62,467 nt of DNA from a virus (IMGVR_UViG_3300005613_000065:1-62467); one strand, 5' to 3'; positions 15,135 to 22,415 are shown, counted from the stretch's first letter. Program-made: numbers and translations. Notes: generated from the letters alone by a model not told the origin.

Positions 15135-15289
15135 TGATTTACAACATTGCTAGTGATCTTGACACTCGAAGAATTGTCTGGATTTGTTCATCTTATCAGA
15201 CTGTACATTCCTCTGTGGAAGTATCAGCAATCTGTCGCAAGATGAGTCGAATTAAAGTTAGTAACCTGCAAAGGTCATCTGTAGTATGA
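15134..15289 (+). CDS. small hypothetical protein
   Basis: read by hand MIYNIASDLDTRRIVWIC...; coupled start; reads through repeat copy 9. Confidence 0.5.
   Translation: MIYNIASDLDTRRIVWICSSYQTVHSSVEVSAICRKMSRIKVSNLQRSSVV
15255..15287 (+). repeat. 33-bp element copy 9
   Basis: AAGTTAGTAACCTGCAAAGGTCATCTGTAGTAT. Confidence 0.95.
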
Positions 15290-15303
15290 GAAACGCAAAT
15301 TGT

Positions 15304-15471
15304 ATGACTGAAACTTTCACTGTTCGTTTTATCTCTGAAGAGCTTGATTCTCCAGAGTATTTTGGGCCTTTTCATTCTGAAGATGATGCCTATGATTTTG
15401 CTGATGAATCTAACATTCGTTTGAGTCTTGCCGGGATTCCTTCTTGGGTTGCATCTTATTCTGTTGTATGA
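15304..15471 (+). CDS. small acidic hypothetical protein
   Basis: ORF track 15286..15471; likely start MTETF. Confidence 0.75.
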   Translation: MTETFTVRFISEELDSPEYFGPFHSEDDAYDFADESNIRLSLAGIPSWVASYSVV

Positions 15472-15544
15472 ATCTGACATTATTTGCGGTGATTACTTTC
15501 ACCATTTGCTTTACATTTCTTTCATTCACTCTTCCTTAAATCTT

Positions 15545-15670
15545 ATGATTGAAACTTACAACTTCAGTGGTAATGTTGTCACCTTTTTAGGTTTGATTGG
15601 TGTAGTTTCTACTGGTATCATCGTGGCTACATCTTTTCGGCGTTATTTTAACTCTCCTCTACGGAAATGA
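15545..15670 (+). CDS. small membrane protein
   Basis: C-terminal part of ORF 15428..15670; one TM helix, ends RRYFNSPLRK. Confidence 0.65.
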   Translation: MIETYNFSGNVVTFLGLIGVVSTGIIVATSFRRYFNSPLRK

Positions 15671-15855
15671 AAATCACAAAGCAACAAGCATTGCTTCGGT
15701 TTCGTGATGACTTGAAAGTAGTATCTCGTTCCAATCCTGACATTCAAAACGATACGATTATGAAACGTGAAGCATGGAATGATTTTGTTGATTCTCTCAA
15801 CAAAGAAGGTTATGTAACTGATTCTCAAGCATTTAACTGGTCAAATCCTTTCTGA
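15667..15855 (+). CDS. hypothetical cyanophage protein
   Basis: ORF track. Confidence 0.8.
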   Translation: MKITKQQALLRFRDDLKVVSRSNPDIQNDTIMKREAWNDFVDSLNKEGYVTDSQAFNWSNPF

Positions 15856-15858
15856 ATT

Positions 15859-16056
15859 ATGAAACTCGAAACTCAACTTATTTGTCTTCAAGAACGTCTG
15901 CAAGATGCAGTGAATGTATGTAATGAATCTCCAAAATTGGAGGATCAAGGTTATCCTTATGCTACTGGTTACTCTCGATCTGCAATGCAAGGTGTAATTG
16001 AAGATTTGAATCGAATCATGCAACAACTCAGTGATTCTCAGGAGATTGACTTTTAA
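15859..16056 (+). CDS. hypothetical cyanophage protein
   Basis: ORF track; GYPYATGYSRS motif. Confidence 0.8.
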   Translation: MKLETQLICLQERLQDAVNVCNESPKLEDQGYPYATGYSRSAMQGVIEDLNRIMQQLSDSQEIDF

Positions 16057-16063
16057 GGTATTC

Positions 16064-16096
16064 AAGTGAGTTACCTGCAAAGGTCATCTGTAGTGT
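16064..16096 (+). repeat. 33-bp element copy 10
   Basis: AAGTGAGTTACCTGCAAAGGTCATCTGTAGTGT. Confidence 0.95.
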
Positions 16097-16119
16097 AAGA
16101 ATCAAGCAAATCAAGACAA

Positions 16120-16479
16120 ATGCAAATCGCACAAAGCAAAACTGAGTTTCTGACTGAATCATTGGTCGAGCAATTGAACGATCGTTGGTATGTTGAGAAT
16201 ATCGAATCTGAGAGTAATTATGATTACTTTGCGAAAGCATTTATCAAATCTGGTCGTAAGTATTTGAAGATTATGATTTGTGATGTAAATCGTAAGAATG
16301 CAGAATACAATGCTCGTTCGCATGGGCGAGTCTACATGTTTGTGGAGAAAGAGACTGGTTTTTGTTACAAACCCGCAAGTCTGAATGCACCTGCCAAAGG
16401 TGTGCGATTTGGGATTCATCAACTCGCCAATTATCCTGAGTTTTGTGATAAGTTTGGCAGTTTTCTTTATCTACGTTGA
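16120..16479 (+). CDS. conserved hypothetical phage protein
   Basis: GRKYLKI...FVEKETG..YKPAS..APAKGVRF family pattern. Confidence 0.85.
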   Translation: MQIAQSKTEFLTESLVEQLNDRWYVENIESESNYDYFAKAFIKSGRKYLKIMICDVNRKNAEYNARSHGRVYMFVEKETGFCYKPASLNAPAKGVRFGIHQLANYPEFCDKFGSFLYLR

Positions 16480-16555
16480 TATTTCTTTTTCGCTATTGTT
16501 ATTACACATTTCTTGGTATGTGTATTGTTATTCTAATTGAGTATTTAAAATCACA

Positions 16556-16750
16556 ATGATGTTATCTGAAGAAACAATTTGCAAAATTGCTGATGCATTA
16601 GTAAATGATGTCAGTGATTATGTTTATTCCAGTGAAGAGTATGCATCTGTCATGCGTAAATTAATTGAAGAAGCATTAGATGCAAAAATGGGAGAAATGG
16701 ATGACCAATTGCATTTTGAGTTAGGTTTAATTTTATTTGAGAAACTTTAA
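16556..16750 (+). CDS. hypothetical cyanophage protein
   Basis: ORF track. Confidence 0.75.
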   Translation: MMLSEETICKIADALVNDVSDYVYSSEEYASVMRKLIEEALDAKMGEMDDQLHFELGLILFEKL

Positions 16751-16758
16751 CGGTATTC

Positions 16759-16791
16759 AAGTGAGTTACCTGCAAAGGTCTGTAGTAGTGT
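16759..16791 (+). repeat. 33-bp element copy 11
   Basis: AAGTGAGTTACCTGCAAAGGTCTGTAGTAGTGT. Confidence 0.95.
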
Positions 16792-16812
16792 AAGAATCAA
16801 ACTTTTTCATTG

Positions 16813-16974
16813 ATGCTTTATTCAATTTTGACTTGCAAACGTGATGATCCCGAACAGAATTGGGAAGTGATCATGGGCGCACCATGTGATATGGATCGTG
16901 CGTTAATCAAACTTCAGTATTATCGTAAGAACTGGGGTGTGCAACAAAAGTATCGTGTTGCGCGTGCAAAGTAA
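16813..16974 (+). CDS. small hypothetical protein
   Basis: read by hand MLYSILTCKRDDPEQNWEVIMGAPCDMDRALIKLQYYRKNWGVQQKYRVARAK. Confidence 0.7.
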   Translation: MLYSILTCKRDDPEQNWEVIMGAPCDMDRALIKLQYYRKNWGVQQKYRVARAK

Positions 16975-16990
16975 TTCAATTTTATTCATT

Positions 16991-17170
16991 ATGACACATT
17001 CCAATCCTTATGTTGAACAACTCATTGAGATGGGTTATGATCGTGCAGATTGTGAGACTGTAGCTTCTGCAGGAATGAAGAAAACCTTTCCGCTTACAAT
17101 TCATGGAAGAGTGTATGAAACTCAAGAGCAATATGATGAAGCTCTTGCTGATTTTATCAATGGACTTTAA
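16991..17170 (+). CDS. hypothetical cyanophage protein
   Basis: ORF track 16937..17170; likely start MTHSNPY. Confidence 0.75.
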   Translation: MTHSNPYVEQLIEMGYDRADCETVASAGMKKTFPLTIHGRVYETQEQYDEALADFINGL

Positions 17171-17172
17171 TA

Positions 17173-17346
17173 ATGAATGAAACTGAAATAATTCAACAAT
17201 ATGCTCATTTGATGATTGAAGGCATGAGCAAAGAGGATATGTATGAAATTGTTTTTGAGACCATATCGCAACAATTAAGTAAGTATGATAAAGATCAGCT
17301 TATGGAAGAAATTGAACATTTTTATCCAGAACTTTTGAGCAATTAA
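17173..17346 (+). CDS. hypothetical protein, paralog of 18012..18188
   Basis: read by hand MNETEIIQQYAHLMIEGMSKEDMYEIVFETISQQLSKYDKDQLMEEIEHFYPELLSN. Confidence 0.75.
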   Translation: MNETEIIQQYAHLMIEGMSKEDMYEIVFETISQQLSKYDKDQLMEEIEHFYPELLSN

Positions 17347-17378
17347 AGTAAGTTACCTGCAAAGGTCAGTAGTATTGT
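17346..17378 (+). repeat. 33-bp element copy 12
   Basis: AAGTAAGTTACCTGCAAAGGTCAGTAGTATTGT. Confidence 0.95.
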
Positions 17379-17396
17379 AAGTTTCGCTTTTGTTTT

Positions 17397-17729
17397 ATGT
17401 TCTGCATTGAGATGACTTTCGCTGTCATGAATCCTGACTTTCAGGGTGCTTATCTTGCGATTTGTGATGATGATATTCGTACTGCTAAATTGTTTGATAC
17501 CAAGCATGAGATGTATGGTTGGATTCGTGATCAAATTGAGAATCAAGGTGTAAGTCAAGTGACTACAACTGTTCTTGGCAAAAATGGTGAAGTTGATGAT
17601 CGACTTGTTTGTGATTCTGTTCGGTATTTTGCTGATGAGAATTGTTACAAAGGCGGTATGTATGAGCCAATCTTTGGTGATAATATTCGCCAAGTTCCTT
17701 CTTACAAAGATAAGTTCTCCTGGATTTAA
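17397..17729 (+). CDS. hypothetical protein (single-gene unit between two repeats)
   Basis: ORF track. Confidence 0.8.
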   Translation: MFCIEMTFAVMNPDFQGAYLAICDDDIRTAKLFDTKHEMYGWIRDQIENQGVSQVTTTVLGKNGEVDDRLVCDSVRYFADENCYKGGMYEPIFGDNIRQVPSYKDKFSWI

Positions 17730-17760
17730 GTTAGTTACCTGCAAAGGTCTGTAGTATTGT
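17728..17760 (+). repeat. 33-bp element copy 13
   Basis: AAGTTAGTTACCTGCAAAGGTCTGTAGTATTGT. Confidence 0.95.
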
Positions 17761-17781
17761 AAGTTTCGCTTCTTAATTCTG

Positions 17782-17985
17782 ATGCCTACTGTGGATCGCC
17801 TTGAAATGCTCACGGCAAGGGAACAACTAATGGAGGACATTGATGCTATTATTGAAGGTTTTTACTTTGACAATCCAGTTCAAAACTGCTGCGGTGATGA
17901 CCGTCTCCAACTAACTGCCACTGATAGTGATGAGCTCATCCGCACACTATGTGATGCCGTCTGCAAAAACTTCCCCACTAATTGA
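17782..17985 (+). CDS. hypothetical cyanophage protein
   Basis: ORF track. Confidence 0.8.
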   Translation: MPTVDRLEMLTAREQLMEDIDAIIEGFYFDNPVQNCCGDDRLQLTATDSDELIRTLCDAVCKNFPTN

Positions 17986-18011
17986 TACAAACTCATTCTT
18001 CCTTAATTAAC

Positions 18012-18188
18012 ATGAACCGCACTGAACTACAAGAGTCCTACATTCAACAATTGATTGAAGGTATGGATTACAAAACGATGGAACGACTTGTTTATGATTC
18101 ACTGAATGATAATTTAAGTGCTTACGGTGAGGCAGAACTTATCACTGAGATTGAAGAGTATTATCCCGAACTGTTGGAGGAAAATTGA
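18012..18188 (+). CDS. hypothetical cyanophage protein
   Basis: ORF track 17982..18188; start MNRTEL. Confidence 0.8.
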   Translation: MNRTELQESYIQQLIEGMDYKTMERLVYDSLNDNLSAYGEAELITEIEEYYPELLEEN

Positions 18189-18343
18189 TGCCTTACACTG
18201 TTGAGATTACTGAAACTTATTACACCACAGTTTCTTTTGAAACTGAAGAAGAAGCAAAGGAGTTTATGAAGGAACCCAATTATGATCTGGTTGATAGTTG
18301 GGAACTTGATGATGCCAAACTGAAACTTTTGGAGGGAAACTGA
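18188..18343 (+). CDS. small acidic hypothetical protein
   Basis: read by hand MPYTVEITETYYTTVSFETEEEAKEFMKEPNYDLVDSWELDDAKLKLLEGN; coupled at both ends. Confidence 0.75.
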   Translation: MPYTVEITETYYTTVSFETEEEAKEFMKEPNYDLVDSWELDDAKLKLLEGN

Positions 18344-18591
18344 TGCCAACTGTTCAAGTTTACGGTGTCAAGTTTGACACTACAGATGATGGATTTGGTG
18401 ATCTTTCCAGGGAGGAAACTTTGAAACTGGAGAGAGACATTGAAGGTCGCATCTTTGAGATAGATTGTCACCCTGATGCTGATATTGCTGAGTTTGAGTA
18501 TGAGATTTGTGATGCCATTACTGAAGAAACTGGTTGGTGCGTGAATACTTTTAGCTATCGTCATGTTGTCATTGGAGCAAACGATAACTGA
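18343..18591 (+). CDS. acidic hypothetical protein
   Basis: ORF track; ITEETGWCV motif. Confidence 0.8.
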   Translation: MPTVQVYGVKFDTTDDGFGDLSREETLKLERDIEGRIFEIDCHPDADIAEFEYEICDAITEETGWCVNTFSYRHVVIGANDN

Positions 18592-18857
18592 TGTATTCTA
18601 ATCTCTCAAAGATTAAGCCAGCCTTCAGGACTGAGGGACAAATCACAGGGAATTGGGGTAGACCAAAGACTCGCACTCATGGTAATACTGATCTCGGATT
18701 GACTTCTAAAGATCATATCACAATCACAAAACAAAGTGATTACATTCAAAGAATGTATCAGGTTCTTGATCATACTCAAGATCCAAAGATTCGACGATTT
18801 GCTTTTAATGAAATTAAAAAGTATTTGATACAAACAAATCAATGGAAAAACACTTAA
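18591..18857 (+). CDS. hypothetical cyanophage protein
   Basis: ORF track. Confidence 0.8.
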   Translation: MYSNLSKIKPAFRTEGQITGNWGRPKTRTHGNTDLGLTSKDHITITKQSDYIQRMYQVLDHTQDPKIRRFAFNEIKKYLIQTNQWKNT

Positions 18858-18993
18858 AAGCATGGTTTTTATCTTAAAAAGCATTTAAAAAAGGCTTATT
18901 AAATGTTATTAAGCGTTTTGTAATGATTATTACTGCTTTTTAATATTGATAAGAATTCGTATCAAATAGTGATATGAATACTGATTATGATGA

Positions 18994-19083
18994 TAGAAAC
19001 CTTCTGCTTATGTGTCTAGAAACCTTCTAAATGCCTCATGTTCTTGTGATTAATGCCTTCTAAATGCCTCATGTTCTTGTGAT
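18994..19083. repeat. tandem direct repeats in AT-rich intergenic region
   Basis: CCTTCTAAATGCCTCATGTTCTTGTGAT at 19023-19050 and 19056-19083; TAGAAACCTTCT at 18994 and 19017. Confidence 0.9.
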
Positions 19084-19093
19084 CTTAGGCCGT

Positions 19094-19122
19094 ATCATAT
19101 CAGGCCTTTTCAGTATTGTCAA
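19094..19122 (-). promoter_or_regulatory. minus-strand sigma70-type promoter
   Basis: reverse complement reads TTGACA-17 nt-TATGAT. Confidence 0.7.
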
Positions 19123-19146
19123 GGGCCCCCAGATTTTTCAGAATTA

Positions 19147-19179
19147 TTGTTAGTAACCTGCAAAGGTCATTTACAGTGT
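19147..19179 (+). repeat. 33-bp element copy 14
   Basis: TTGTTAGTAACCTGCAAAGGTCATTTACAGTGT. Confidence 0.9.
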
Positions 19180-19195
19180 CACCCATTGAATCCTG

Positions 19196-19321
19196 ATGAC
19201 CTCGACACAGCAACTATTGCAATCGATTGATACATTAAAAGCAGAAGGTCATCAATCAATTAAGCTTATGCAATTGCCATCACAAGCCAAACGTAAGCGC
19301 AAGTCTGTATGGTCTCGATAA
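19196..19321 (+). CDS. small basic hypothetical protein
   Basis: read by hand MTSTQQLLQSIDTLKAEGHQSIKLMQLPSQAKRKRKSVWSR. Confidence 0.65.
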   Translation: MTSTQQLLQSIDTLKAEGHQSIKLMQLPSQAKRKRKSVWSR

Positions 19322-19414
19322 GACTCTACAGCAGGGTTTCATTATCTTTTAGGTATCATTTGTCCTTAGTATGACATTAAACTGCTTCAATGTCCTCTTT
19401 ATTCTTCTTGAATT

Positions 19415-19564
19415 ATGTCTCGCGAATTGATGATTGGTCTGCTTCGTAAGGGTCGGAATGGCAATCAGATTCTGAATATTCTGGATGCTATTGTGGTTAC
19501 TGATGATTTGGAATCGATTGAGATTCCTGCTTCTGAGCCTACTTTGGAAGAGCTTGAATTCTGA
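19415..19564 (+). CDS. small hypothetical cyanophage protein
   Basis: read by hand MSRELMIGLLRKGRNGNQILNILDAIVVTDDLESIEIPASEPTLEELEF. Confidence 0.7.
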   Translation: MSRELMIGLLRKGRNGNQILNILDAIVVTDDLESIEIPASEPTLEELEF

Positions 19565-19575
19565 TTGTTTCTAAA

Positions 19576-19820
19576 TAAATGAGTATTTGTTGAGATCTTG
19601 TAGAGCAGCACTTGAACTCTCCCATTGGGAAACAGAGGTAACAATCTGACAAAGAAGCAAGCAAATACTCATTTAATTGATTATACTCAGAGGGAGTTTA
19701 TCTTGTCTCCGGCGTAATAAAACAGAACATAAAATCAGAGTAAAAGATGATGAGAATTAAATAAAAAGCAGGACGATTCCTGATTAGAACTTTATGTCAA
19801 ATTCTAATCACTTAGGAGTC
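19576..19820 (+). ncRNA. candidate structured non-coding RNA
   Basis: no ORF; perfect 14-bp inverted repeat 19576-19589/19662-19675 plus two further stem domains; strand assumed. Confidence 0.4.
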
Positions 19821-19838
19821 ATATTTTGTTGCGTATTA

Positions 19839-19871
19839 AAGTTAGTTACCTCGAAAGGTCCCCTGTAGTGT
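19839..19871 (+). repeat. 33-bp element copy 15
   Basis: AAGTTAGTTACCTCGAAAGGTCCCCTGTAGTGT. Confidence 0.9.
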
Positions 19872-19888
19872 AATCGTTGATTCCTCTC

Positions 19889-20248
19889 ATGCGTAAGATC
19901 GAAGCTCAAATGAATTCTGCCATCACTAACAATGTGCATTGGCAATCTGCTAACACTACTGTTACCTTCGATTCGGAAACTAATGAGTCCAAAGTGTATC
20001 TGTATGGCAATCTGATCGCTGAGGTTGGCGATAACTACTTTAAGCTTTATGATGGTGATTATCAGTCTGCTACTACAAAGTCGCGACTGAATGCTATTCT
20101 GGCTACACATGGCGCACCTGGTGAGTGTGTCTTTCAGAAGAATTTGAAGTGGTTTATTCGTCTCTGGAATGGCACGGAATACTTCACTACTGAATTCCGT
20201 AATGGCATGAGGCTTGGTGCACTTCCTTGGCAACTATGCCTCGCCTGA
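19889..20248 (+). CDS. conserved hypothetical cyanophage protein
   Basis: ORF track 19877..20248; MRKIE...TTKSRLNA family pattern. Confidence 0.85.
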   Translation: MRKIEAQMNSAITNNVHWQSANTTVTFDSETNESKVYLYGNLIAEVGDNYFKLYDGDYQSATTKSRLNAILATHGAPGECVFQKNLKWFIRLWNGTEYFTTEFRNGMRLGALPWQLCLA

Positions 20249-20273
20249 TTCTTATTTTATCTCCTGATTCTTT

Positions 20274-20555
20274 ATGTACACTCAAGTTCAAACAATTCAA
20301 GCACAGTTTGACTTTATCTCTGATCTGCCTTATACTGGCTTAGCTGAAGTATGCGAAGAGTCTCAAGTCACACCTATCAGTGCTACATTGCATGAAAATA
20401 CTTCTCATGGTGTGCCTTATTTTGATATTGAATTTGTATCAATACAAGATGCAATTCGTTTCACTCGAACATACTTAGACTCGAATAATTTGAGTGAACT
20501 TTGTGATTATCTTCAGCTTGATGTGACAAAATCTGAACTGCAAGATATGCTATAG
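20274..20555 (+). CDS. hypothetical protein
   Basis: ORF track. Confidence 0.75.
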   Translation: MYTQVQTIQAQFDFISDLPYTGLAEVCEESQVTPISATLHENTSHGVPYFDIEFVSIQDAIRFTRTYLDSNNLSELCDYLQLDVTKSELQDML

Positions 20556-20571
20556 ATAATTGTTACTGACT

Positions 20572-20613
20572 GCCGAAGAGTTCTTGACAGTCTCTTCGGC
20601 TATATGGTAAAAT
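20572..20613 (+). promoter_or_regulatory. sigma70-type promoter with -35 in the loop of a 9-bp hairpin
   Basis: GCCGAAGAG/CTCTTCGGC 20572-20600; TTGACA 20584-20589, 18 nt, TAAAAT 20608-20613. Confidence 0.65.
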
Positions 20614-20844
20614 ACAGTATATCCCAAAAGCACAGTCTTATGTGTTATTTTATAACGCGCCGGGACGCGCGTAACGGCCGTGATAGAATGATCGTAATGA
20701 TCGTAAAATGATTCGAGGCCCCCCCTTGATAAAAACGCATAAGTCCCTAACCTACAAAAGTATATTCCCGAGAGAGAAATAAAAAGAGAAAAAAATTTCA
20801 GAAGAGTAGAAAAGATATATAAACCGGCGCATAAAAATAAGAAG

Positions 20845-21045
20845 ATGAAAAAAAATTCCGTAGAAAAAATTTACCACATATATCTGAAGGATGAATGTGT
20901 TTTACATAATTTAAATGAGGAAATGTTTAAGAGTCATTGGGAGATTTTAAATAATCTAGTAGGATTAATGAAAACTGATTATACATCAGAAGATTTATCT
21001 TATGAGATGTTAGAGAAAAGGTTTGAAGAATTAAAGGAGGATTAA
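20845..21045 (+). CDS. hypothetical cyanophage protein
   Basis: ORF track. Confidence 0.75.
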   Translation: MKKNSVEKIYHIYLKDECVLHNLNEEMFKSHWEILNNLVGLMKTDYTSEDLSYEMLEKRFEELKED

Positions 21046-21064
21046 AGGAGGAGAGGAGTTATTA

Positions 21065-21268
21065 ATGAAAAGCCGTGAGAGACCATATTGGAATTTTTGG
21101 AAAGTTATTATTGCTGGGTGGTTAATTCAATATCCGATAATATTTTTCAAGACAATATTTGTCATTATATTTGTAGGAGGGATAGGGTTGATGTATATGA
21201 CATCAGAGACATCAAATGAATTGACAGGGGATAAATATGAGAGTATAATGAAGACTGAAATGGAGTGA
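21065..21268 (+). CDS. hypothetical membrane protein
   Basis: ORF track; hydrophobic segments; strong SD. Confidence 0.7.
   Translation: MKSRERPYWNFWKVIIAGWLIQYPIIFFKTIFVIIFVGGIGLMYMTSETSNELTGDKYESIMKTEME
21221..21249 (+). promoter_or_regulatory. consensus sigma70 promoter with embedded late-type ATAAATA
   Basis: TTGACA-17 nt-TATAAT. Confidence 0.75.
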
Positions 21269-21277
21269 TTCTAATTC

Positions 21278-22060
21278 ATGGCTAAAGGTTTTACTATAAA
21301 GGCTGCATCACCTAAATCAAAAAAGAATGAAGGTCCTGAATGGGACTATGATGCAATTAAGGAAAGAATGCGAGGGAAGAGAATTGTCTTTTGTCTTCCA
21401 GGACGGGGATGTTCTTATACATTTTTAAAGAATTTTGTTCAATTATGTTTTGATTTGGTGCAGAATCAGATGAGTATTCAGATCAGTCAAGATTATAGTT
21501 CAATGGTTAATTTTGCAAGATGTAAATGTCTTGGTGCAAATGTTCTTCGTGGACCAGATCAAATTCCATGGGATGGAAAATTGGAATATGATTATCAATT
21601 ATGGATTGATAGTGATATTGTGTTTAATACTGAGAAGTTCTGGCAACTTTGTGATCTTGTTTTAAACGAAGAGGGAGAAGAGAAACAAATTGTTGCTGGA
21701 TGGTATAGTACAGAAGATGGTCGTACAACTTCAGTAGCTCATTGGTTAGAAGAAGATGATTTCCGTAATAATGGTGGAGTAATGAATCATGAAATGGTAG
21801 ATGGTATTTCAAAACGAAAGAAACCATTTACTGTTGATTATACTGGATTTGGATGGGTGATGATTCAGAATGGAGTTTTTGAAAATGAGGGAATGAAATA
21901 TCCATGGTTTGCACCAAAGATGCAAGTTTTTGAATCTGGTGCAGTACAAGATATGTGTGGTGAAGATGTATCATTCTGTTTAGATGCAATTGAAGCAGGT
22001 TATGAGATTTGGTGTGATCCACGAATTCGAGTGGGTCATGAAAAGATGAGAGTCATTTGA
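21278..22060 (+). CDS. GT-A fold glycosyltransferase-like protein
   Basis: WIDSD (DxD), TGFG, GEDVSFC, VGHEK motifs. Confidence 0.8.
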   Translation: MAKGFTIKAASPKSKKNEGPEWDYDAIKERMRGKRIVFCLPGRGCSYTFLKNFVQLCFDLVQNQMSIQISQDYSSMVNFARCKCLGANVLRGPDQIPWDGKLEYDYQLWIDSDIVFNTEKFWQLCDLVLNEEGEEKQIVAGWYSTEDGRTTSVAHWLEEDDFRNNGGVMNHEMVDGISKRKKPFTVDYTGFGWVMIQNGVFENEGMKYPWFAPKMQVFESGAVQDMCGEDVSFCLDAIEAGYEIWCDPRIRVGHEKMRVI

Positions 22061-22066
22061 TTTTTC

Positions 22067-22105
22067 AAAAGAGGGGTTGACACCCCTTTTTTTATTGTTT
22101 ATACT
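22067..22105 (+). promoter_or_regulatory. combined terminator hairpin and sigma70 promoter
   Basis: GAGGGG-TTGACA-CCCCTTTTTTT hairpin; TTGACA 22077-22082, 17 nt, TATACT 22100-22105. Confidence 0.7.
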
Positions 22106-22127
22106 ATCAAGGTTCAAACAACAGATC

Positions 22128-22415
22128 ATGGAAACCTTTCGACCAATTAACACTTGTGATAAATGTGATTATACATGGCATCCAAGAGGTAAAAATCGAT
22201 CATTGAAATGTCCAAGTTGTGGAAGTCAAAATGTTTATCTCATTCGTTGGTCTCATTATTGGAAACGAATTGGTTTTGGATTATGTGCAAGTCTTTTGAG
22301 TTTTGGTCTCATCACAATAAATCATAAAGATTTAAAACTTCTTGGTGTTTTTGGGATACTCGGAAGTTCTTATGTTGTTTGGAAATCAATTGGTACAAAA
22401 AGAGAGTATGTGTAA
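22128..22415 (+). CDS. Zn-ribbon membrane protein
   Basis: CDKC...CPSC plus two hydrophobic helices; ATG at 22128 after promoter. Confidence 0.7.
   Translation: METFRPINTCDKCDYTWHPRGKNRSLKCPSCGSQNVYLIRWSHYWKRIGFGLCASLLSFGLITINHKDLKLLGVFGILGSSYVVWKSIGTKREYV

Noticed and set aside
19576-19675. Hammerhead, glmS or preQ1 assignment for the structured region
   Set aside because: Required conserved cores (CUGAnGA, AGCGCC, GGUUC) are not present in the right arrangement.
8346-19871. CRISPR array interpretation of the 33-bp repeats
   Set aside because: Intervals are 340-1440 nt, irregular and protein-coding; no cas genes in the window.
8346-19871. Integron attC sites (GTTAG resembles the GTTRRRY core)
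   Set aside because: Core reads GTTAGTT/A, there is no inverse core or long imperfect palindrome, and no tyrosine recombinase is in the window; only the cassette analogy is kept.
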